Shown here piece after piece: positions 58,062 through 64,000 of a stretch of DNA of 64,000 bases. A model generated the notes under the pieces. That model was not told the DNA's origin. It did not search any database and was given only the letters and a program-made list of their open reading frames with translations. Origin of the DNA: an uncultured bacterium (GTDB lineage Bacteria; Eisenbacteria; RBG-16-71-46; CAIMUX01); assembly GCA_964473865.1 (NCBI GenBank), contig CAYYQN010000002.1:145793-209792 (forward strand). Direction: 5' to 3'. How positions within the stretch are numbered: the stretch's first letter is position 1; every line of letters begins with the position of its first letter. Position numbers and translations under genes: made by a program.

Positions 58062-61000
58062 CTACGGGACCAGGAGCGCCTTTCGCGTCACCACCCGGCC
58101 GTTCGTGCTCAGCCGCTGGAAATACAGGCCGGCGGGCAGGAGGCGGTCGTTCCGGTCGCGTCCGGTCCAGGTGACGGTGTGGGTTCCCGCGGGCAGCACG
58201 CCGTCCAGGATCCGCTGCCGGCAGCGGCCCTGGATGTCGAAGATCTCCAGCCGCGCGGAGGCGGTCCGGTCCAGAGAGAAGCGGATCGGCGCACCCGGGC
58301 GGACCGGATTCGCCATCTCCTCGCCAAAGCCGAAATGCGCGCCGACCTCGTCGGACACGCCGCTGGGGGGAAGTCCGATGTAGACGATCTGGACATCATC
58401 CACCGCCGCCTCCACGGTTGACGGCGTCCCTTCGTCGGAGGCCTGGAATCGGAACCGCATCTGCGTCGTCAGCGTCAGGCGGGAGGCGAGGTCGAACTCC
58501 TGATACAGCCAGGCACGGTTGGACCGGGTCGTTCGCTCGAGGTCGGTCCAGGTCGCTCCATCGTCGTTGCTTGCCTGTACGACCCATACGTCATCCGCCG
58601 CGCCGCCCGTGTTGTTGGTATACCACCTCCAGTAGCGCAACAGCACCGTGCCGTCGAACGCGCAATCGACCCGGGGCGACGTCAAGGTGGTCAGCCCTCC
58701 ATCCACGTCATTCGTGTCCGGGCCGGATCCCGGAGGAGCGTTCCCGGTGACCCAGCAGATGACACCGGGTTCAGGGGTGTGGTCGTCTTCGGGCTGCACC
58801 GGGAACTCCTCGTTCCACGTGCCATTCGGGTCGGCACGCTCCCACAGGCCGCCGGTGGCGTCGTCCGCAGGCGAACCCACGGTCCAACCAGTGTCCGTCT
58901 CGAGATCGTCCTGCCAGGCGGACAGGAGCGGGCCCACCCAGAAGCGGTATGGGATCCCTGGTGCCTGCGCCGGAAGCCTCGTTTCGTTCCCGCCGCCGTC
59001 TTTCACGACCATGTAGTAGTCGATGCGCGTCGTCCAGCTCTGGGCCGGGATCTCGCCGCGGTAGGAATTCGGGCCGTCCGCGACCATGGGAACGATCTCG
59101 AAGGGGCCATCCGAGACCCGGAAGCGAAGCGAGATCTCGGAGAACACCGACATATCCGTCGCCGAGATCCGGACCTGGTGAGCGCTGAGGGTGTCCGGAG
59201 TGGAGACCGGACTCTGCAGGATGCTCACCACCGGGGCCACGATGTCGTTCAAGAGGAGCTGCGGCGCGGCGACGCCCCCCGCGGGAACGTTGACGCTGGC
59301 CGTGTCGGGCGCGAATCCGGCGCGGCTTGCCACCAGGGTATAGCGCCCGGCCAGCTCGGTTCCTTCAAAGGTGCCATCCGGACCGCTGTAATACTGGTGT
59401 CCATTCTCCAGTACCGACACGGTGGCTCCCGGCAGGGCCGCACCTCCCGAAGACGCGTTGCCCACGGTGCCGGAGATCGCGCCGATGAGAATCTCCCGGG
59501 TCGGCACGAACTTGATGGCCCGATTGGCGACGAGCGTGGCCGCTCCCGCGGGGTACTGGTTGAAGTACGTGTAGAGCAGCCCACCGAGGTTGTCCGGCGT
59601 CTCGATTCCGACGGTCGCATAGCCGTCTTGCGAGTCCACGTTGCTCACGGCTTTGTACTGGAACACGATGATGCCATCACCGGTCTCGGTTGTGTGGTAG
59701 GCGGGATCATAGAAGATCGCCTGGACGGTCTCCGTGCTGCTGCCCACGATGTTCCGCATGCGGCTCCATTCAACGACCCAGAGGTGGTTGGCGGCGTCGT
59801 ACCACTGGTAGACATGGCCGGCGGGGCTCGTCACTTCGATCAAGTCGTCCCAGAACACGGCGATGACCCCGTTGGGGCCTCCCGGACTGGGAAGGGTCCA
59901 GTTGCGGTAGTCGGTGAGATAAGTCGACCCCATCGCGATCCACCCGTTGCTGCATACGGTGGCGGTCGTGTAGCTCTGCCCGTAGTAGGTGAACGCGAAG
60001 GGGAGCGTCACGGTTCTCGACTTGTCCTGGTAATCGCCATAGTCGCCGAGTGTGATCTGGCTCCCCGGCCCGCCCAGGCCGGGATCGACCTCGATCCAGC
60101 TGTAGACCGGGGCGTCGGGATACGCGACGTCTGAGTTGTCGTAGGCATAGTACCCGTACTCATCCGGACCGATCGGGTCGGTGCTGCTCCGGGAGCCGAC
60201 GGGAAGCGAGAAATCGACGGTGTCGCTCATGGCCTCGTTGTAGTCGAGGATCATGCGGAGGGCCGCCTCGTAGCCTCTCGGGCAGTCAGAGCGCGCATGA
60301 ACGCTGAAGGGGTGGCCGGTGTTGGCCTGCGAGAGGCCGGGCGACATCTCCGGGTATCCGGAACTGCCCACGGGCACATCCACGTACTCGCTACCGGAGA
60401 GAAGAGTCGCCGTGACTCCGGCGGCGACGATCTCACCGTCGTTGCGGAGGGTGACGGTGAGGGTCACGGTCTCGCCCGGGTCGAAGACTCCCCCGGGGCC
60501 CGCGTCCCCGACCGCGTGGGACGCATGCTGGAGATCGGCGGCGACCACCGGGATCTCGACGACTGAGTGACTCGGGGCCGACCCGTCGGTGGCGTCCAGG
60601 CCGAAGCGAAGAAGATGGCCATGCGGGCAGTCCCCGCGGACCGCGAACCCGAAGTCATCCAGGCTCCAGGCGGCCGCGCCGCCGGCTATCTCTCCGTAGA
60701 TCTCCGCCCCGTCGGTGATCTCCACGTATGGATCGTCCGTGGTGATCTCGGCGGCTACCCCACTTGCGGTCGCGGTGCCGTAGTTGTGCAGCTGGACCTT
60801 CAGCTCGACCGTTTCCCCCGGGTTGACAGAGCCGTCACCGTCTCCTTGGCTTTCGCCGAGACCGTCGTCATCGACCTGCAGAGCCTCGAATCCCAGGAAC
60901 CCGTCGGAATCCGTCACCGGAACATCGGTCAGGTAGGGCCGCCGGTCGTGCTTGGTGACCGTGAGCTTGAAGACGCCCGCCGCCGCCGGGGGCAGGGCCA

Positions 61001-62948
61001 GCTCGCACTGCCCCAGCTCGTCGGTGGTCCCGGTGATGCGAACCTCTCCGCCGGCATCATTCCGATACAGGCAGACGAGCGCTCCGGATTCGGGCGAGCC
61101 GTTCTCGCTCGCAGTGACGGTGAATGAGTTCGCCCCCACCGGCAGGCTGGGGGAGTGGGTGACGCTCACCGGCATCGGGACCGCCGACCAGACGGCGCAA
61201 GCCGGGTCGCCCATGAGGTTGTTCCAGTGGGAGTAGATTGCCACGGAGTTCGGGGCGTTCGACTGGTAGTTCAGGTAGAGGTTCAGCTTGCCCCAGGTGT
61301 GGGCCGCCCCCGTTTCCCAGGCCCCATGGTGCAGCAGGCCCCAGAAGACCCCCAGGGTGAAGCAGTTGTTGAACCGGGTGTGGGTTCCGCTGGTGGCGGT
61401 GCCGATCGCCCCGATGGCCCCCTTGGGTGTGGTTGCCGTGCCGGCCCGGAGGAACTGCTCGGTCCGAGAGGTGCCGCTCGCAAAGGAGCCGGTGTCGCAT
61501 GTGCTCATGCAGCCGAATGGCATCTTCCAGCCATTGGTCAACGTATTGGTGTTGCTGTTGCCCCAGCCGCTCATCCCCTGGATGCCGCGATAGCAGAAGA
61601 TGGTGTCGCCTCGGTTCAATGCCGTGGCCATCTGGCTGACGAAGCTACCGGTGAAGACGGTATCGATCTGCGCGTATCCCAACTGCAGCAGACGGGTCTT
61701 GATCCACTGCTGCACCTGGACACAACTGTAGCCGGAGGCTTGGGGGTCCCCCACGAGGCAGGCCCGCGTATACCAGGCGGTGTCGCTCAGGTACGGCGTG
61801 CTCTCGTACCCGACCGTCTTGGCCACGATCGTCTGGAGCTCAGTCAGGGTTCCGAACGAGAGGCGGCCGATCAGGATGTCGGAGAGAACATCGCCGCCGG
61901 CGAGTTGTGTGTAGGGGTGATCGCCTTCGCCCCCATAGCCGGAGAGGCTCTCATACCAGGTCGCCACGCTGTACGTGCCTCCTCCGTCGCCGGCCAGGAC
62001 CACATACTCGGGCGGAATCGGCCAGTAGTTGTAGGCATTCTGTATATAGGCCTTGATTGCCGTGGCCGACGTGCCGGTTTCGGCCGTAGTCGCGAGCTTG
62101 ACCGGCAGGCCCTGACGCTGCCGCCAGGCCAGCAACGGCTGCAGGTGGGAAACCACGGTCGCGTTGTTGGGACAAATGACCAGATACGTGCCGTGCTGAA
62201 TGGCCTGGCCGCGGGGCGGGCCGCTGTAACCGAGCACCAGCTGCCGATAGATGTTGTCGAAGGATGGAGGGACGGGACGGGAGCGGGATGGCGGCGTGTT
62301 CCGCAGATCCTCTCCGGCGTAGGCAACATCCACCGTCAGCCGCCGCGCGATCAGGAGCGATCCACGCGAGGGGTCGTAGCGCACCGGGGAGAAACGGATC
62401 GGTACGACCCGCAGATCGCCCAGGAGGGCCGGCTCACCCGCCGTGGCCCAGGGCTCGTTCCCGTATCCGGTGCGCGCGTAGGCCGCCGGATCGTAGGCGA
62501 AGGCGGCTGTCTGCTCGTCCTGCATCGGCACCAGCCGGAAGCCGCTGACTTCTTCCTCTTCCTGCACCGTGGCAATCACCGTCACGCCGGCCCGATCCGG
62601 CACCATCACGAACCGACCGAAGGTGGGCAGGACGGGTGCGCCCAGAGCCCCGTCGTCCCCGCCGCCCGGAATTGCCAGAGATTGGAAGGTGATTCCGTCG
62701 ATGTCCAGGTCTTCCACGACCAGGGCGGGAAGAGCGAATTCCGCGCGCAGGCCGGTGGTCGATTGCGAGACGACTCGCAGTTCGGGCAGCGAGCTCTCCG
62801 AACCGGTACCGAGGACGCGCGGTGCGGCGATCGCCCCGTTCGACAACCATCCGGTCAGAGCCAGGCTCACGGCGAGGATGGCGAAAGGCTGGCGACCGTT
62901 GGCGGCTCTGGATGCAGCGCTGGTTGGCGCCGATGGGTCTTGCGGCAT
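58062..62948 (-). CDS. Gingipain-like cysteine peptidase (family C25) multi-domain protein with T9SS C-terminal sorting domain
   Basis: Signal peptide. C25 peptidase core (YLVICPNN...VVLAGDGGG...HPYTQLAGGDVLSDILIGR; Cys region MPFGCMSTCD). Several Ig/CARDB-like and MAM/choice-of-anchor-like beta domains. The last roughly 80 aa match the T9SS C-terminal domain pattern (ARLEIFDIQGRCRQRIL...HTVTWTGRDRNDRLLPAGLYFQRL). Confidence 0.7.
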   Translation of the reverse strand: MPQDPSAPTSAASRAANGRQPFAILAVSLALTGWLSNGAIAAPRVLGTGSESSLPELRVVSQSTTGLRAEFALPALVVEDLDIDGITFQSLAIPGGGDDGALGAPVLPTFGRFVMVPDRAGVTVIATVQEEEEVSGFRLVPMQDEQTAAFAYDPAAYARTGYGNEPWATAGEPALLGDLRVVPIRFSPVRYDPSRGSLLIARRLTVDVAYAGEDLRNTPPSRSRPVPPSFDNIYRQLVLGYSGPPRGQAIQHGTYLVICPNNATVVSHLQPLLAWRQRQGLPVKLATTAETGTSATAIKAYIQNAYNYWPIPPEYVVLAGDGGGTYSVATWYESLSGYGGEGDHPYTQLAGGDVLSDILIGRLSFGTLTELQTIVAKTVGYESTPYLSDTAWYTRACLVGDPQASGYSCVQVQQWIKTRLLQLGYAQIDTVFTGSFVSQMATALNRGDTIFCYRGIQGMSGWGNSNTNTLTNGWKMPFGCMSTCDTGSFASGTSRTEQFLRAGTATTPKGAIGAIGTATSGTHTRFNNCFTLGVFWGLLHHGAWETGAAHTWGKLNLYLNYQSNAPNSVAIYSHWNNLMGDPACAVWSAVPMPVSVTHSPSLPVGANSFTVTASENGSPESGALVCLYRNDAGGEVRITGTTDELGQCELALPPAAAGVFKLTVTKHDRRPYLTDVPVTDSDGFLGFEALQVDDDGLGESQGDGDGSVNPGETVELKVQLHNYGTATASGVAAEITTDDPYVEITDGAEIYGEIAGGAAAWSLDDFGFAVRGDCPHGHLLRFGLDATDGSAPSHSVVEIPVVAADLQHASHAVGDAGPGGVFDPGETVTLTVTLRNDGEIVAAGVTATLLSGSEYVDVPVGSSGYPEMSPGLSQANTGHPFSVHARSDCPRGYEAALRMILDYNEAMSDTVDFSLPVGSRSSTDPIGPDEYGYYAYDNSDVAYPDAPVYSWIEVDPGLGGPGSQITLGDYGDYQDKSRTVTLPFAFTYYGQSYTTATVCSNGWIAMGSTYLTDYRNWTLPSPGGPNGVIAVFWDDLIEVTSPAGHVYQWYDAANHLWVVEWSRMRNIVGSSTETVQAIFYDPAYHTTETGDGIIVFQYKAVSNVDSQDGYATVGIETPDNLGGLLYTYFNQYPAGAATLVANRAIKFVPTREILIGAISGTVGNASSGGAALPGATVSVLENGHQYYSGPDGTFEGTELAGRYTLVASRAGFAPDTASVNVPAGGVAAPQLLLNDIVAPVVSILQSPVSTPDTLSAHQVRISATDMSVFSEISLRFRVSDGPFEIVPMVADGPNSYRGEIPAQSWTTRIDYYMVVKDGGGNETRLPAQAPGIPYRFWVGPLLSAWQDDLETDTGWTVGSPADDATGGLWERADPNGTWNEEFPVQPEDDHTPEPGVICWVTGNAPPGSGPDTNDVDGGLTTLTSPRVDCAFDGTVLLRYWRWYTNNTGGAADDVWVVQASNDDGATWTDLERTTRSNRAWLYQEFDLASRLTLTTQMRFRFQASDEGTPSTVEAAVDDVQIVYIGLPPSGVSDEVGAHFGFGEEMANPVRPGAPIRFSLDRTASARLEIFDIQGRCRQRILDGVLPAGTHTVTWTGRDRNDRLLPAGLYFQRLSTNGRVVTRKALLVP

Positions 62949-63162
62949 GGATCTCCTCCAGGCGTCAGATTCTGTCCGGGGCGTAGGTGCTGCGAAGTGG
63001 CATATTGCCTTTCAATTATACCAGATTTTTCGTCCGGGTGGGAGTGGCCAGGGTGATGCGCAGTGAGGGCGGCGCGAGCGAGAGCGTCGTCGACGGCGAG
63101 GCCGCCTCCCTGACCCGGAAAGGCGGCCTCTGCTGAGCACGAGGTGGGACCGTGCGGATGAC

Positions 63163-64000
63163 TCACTTCAAGCGGAGCAGTTTCTCCACTCGGTGACGGT
63201 CTCCGCTGTCGAGCCGGTAGAAGTAGATTCCGGACGGCACCCGGGCGCCGGAGTCGTCCCGCCCATCCCAAACCAGGGAGTGGGCCCCGGCTGCGACGGG
63301 GCCGTCCACCAACCGGCGGACCATCCGGCCGGCGGCATCGAATACGGCCAGCCGGACCGGACCGTCCCGCTCGACGGAGAACGACAGGGTCGTGCCCCCG
63401 GCGAACGGATTGGGATGCCCCGGCTCGAGCGCGAGGACCGACGGTCCGGCGGCCGGTGCCGGCACATCCGAGAGCTCGCCCGCGTACACTTCCAGCGTGA
63501 AGTCGTCGACGGCGGCTTCCACCAGCCCCGGCTGGCCGTTGTCGCAGGCGACGAACCGGAAGACCACCTGGTCCGTGAGGGTGATCGCCTTCGTGAGGTC
63601 GAAGGCGCCCTCGCCCCACTCAGTCATGGCCTCGGGCACCCGCTCCAGCGGCACCCAGGTGGTGCCCCCGTTCGACGAGACATCCACCGCGAACTGGTCA
63701 TCGAGGACAGCGCCGCCTTCGCCCCACCAGCGCCAATAGCGGACCAGGGCCCACGTGACGTCGGACAGGTCGAAGACCGGGCTGCGCAGTGTGGTGCAGC
63801 CACCGTCCACATCGGCATCTCCGGGAGGACCGTAGGGCACGCCGTTGCCGGTGACGAAGCACTTCACACCGGAATCCGGAGAGTGATCGTCCTCCGGCTG
63901 GATCGGTTGGGTGCCGTACCAGGTTCCGACCGGGTCGTCCCGGGTCCAGACGCCGGAGGTGGCCCAGTCGCCGGTCATCCCGATCTGCCAACCTTCGGCG
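63163..64000 (-). CDS. T9SS-sorted secreted protein, 3' part only (the 5' end lies beyond the window). Paralogous to the distal domain of the C25 protein.
   Basis: C-terminal T9SS domain (VRLAVFDAAGRMVRRLVDGPVAAGAHSLVWDGRDDSGARVPSGIYFYRL). The preceding roughly 170 aa align with residues of the 58062..62948 protein (EDDHSPDSGVKCFVTGN...VDGGCTTLRSP...RYWRWW...AAVDD). The frame remains open at base 64000. Confidence 0.6.
   Translation of the reverse strand, partial: AEGWQIGMTGDWATSGVWTRDDPVGTWYGTQPIQPEDDHSPDSGVKCFVTGNGVPYGPPGDADVDGGCTTLRSPVFDLSDVTWALVRYWRWWGEGGAVLDDQFAVDVSSNGGTTWVPLERVPEAMTEWGEGAFDLTKAITLTDQVVFRFVACDNGQPGLVEAAVDDFTLEVYAGELSDVPAPAAGPSVLALEPGHPNPFAGGTTLSFSVERDGPVRLAVFDAAGRMVRRLVDGPVAAGAHSLVWDGRDDSGARVPSGIYFYRLDSGDRHRVEKLLRLK

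Noticed and set aside
61155-63056. 633-aa + strand ORF inside the minus-strand C25 peptidase gene
   Set aside because: The minus-strand frame carries the C25 catalytic motifs and the T9SS C-terminal domain. The + strand translation is low-complexity Gly/Arg/Ala.

Overview
High-GC (about 70%) bacterial chromosomal segment, most likely from an FCB-group or Gemmatimonadota-like organism. This is judged from a PorX/PorY-type two-component pair and three proteins carrying type IX secretion (T9SS) C-terminal sorting domains. Nearly all real genes lie on the + strand and are tightly packed, often with 4-nt ATGA/GTGA start-stop overlaps. Most content is conserved housekeeping: clpB (5' partial); a GGDEF cyclase; a TPR/sigma-54 activator next to ptsN; aspS; the phoH-pgpH-ybeY-corC-recO cluster; a complete pyrimidine operon (pyrR-B-C-K-D-F) with a PyrR attenuator leader; a nucleotide-sugar/glycan initiation cluster (ugd, rmlC-like cupin, epimerase, wecA-like); serS; tsaE-tsaB-rimI-accD-folC; a ROK kinase; a long lptD-like gene; mnmA; a tRNA-Ser/Ser/Arg cluster; tadA; and a rhomboid protease. 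Accessory content comprises (i) a lipoprotein-signal + degenerate metallophosphatase + tetraheme cytochrome c gene interrupted by a single in-frame TGA in a Cys-Gly-TGA context, with a hairpin about 20 nt downstream (candidate selenoprotein); (ii) a roughly 1,900-aa secreted protein with at least 13 copies of a previously unnamed approximately 110-aa repeat and a T9SS C-terminal domain; (iii) a roughly 1,600-aa gingipain-like C25 peptidase with a T9SS C-terminal domain, plus a paralogous partial gene at the window end. Most of the minus-strand ORFs in the track are GC-driven artefacts antisense to real genes.
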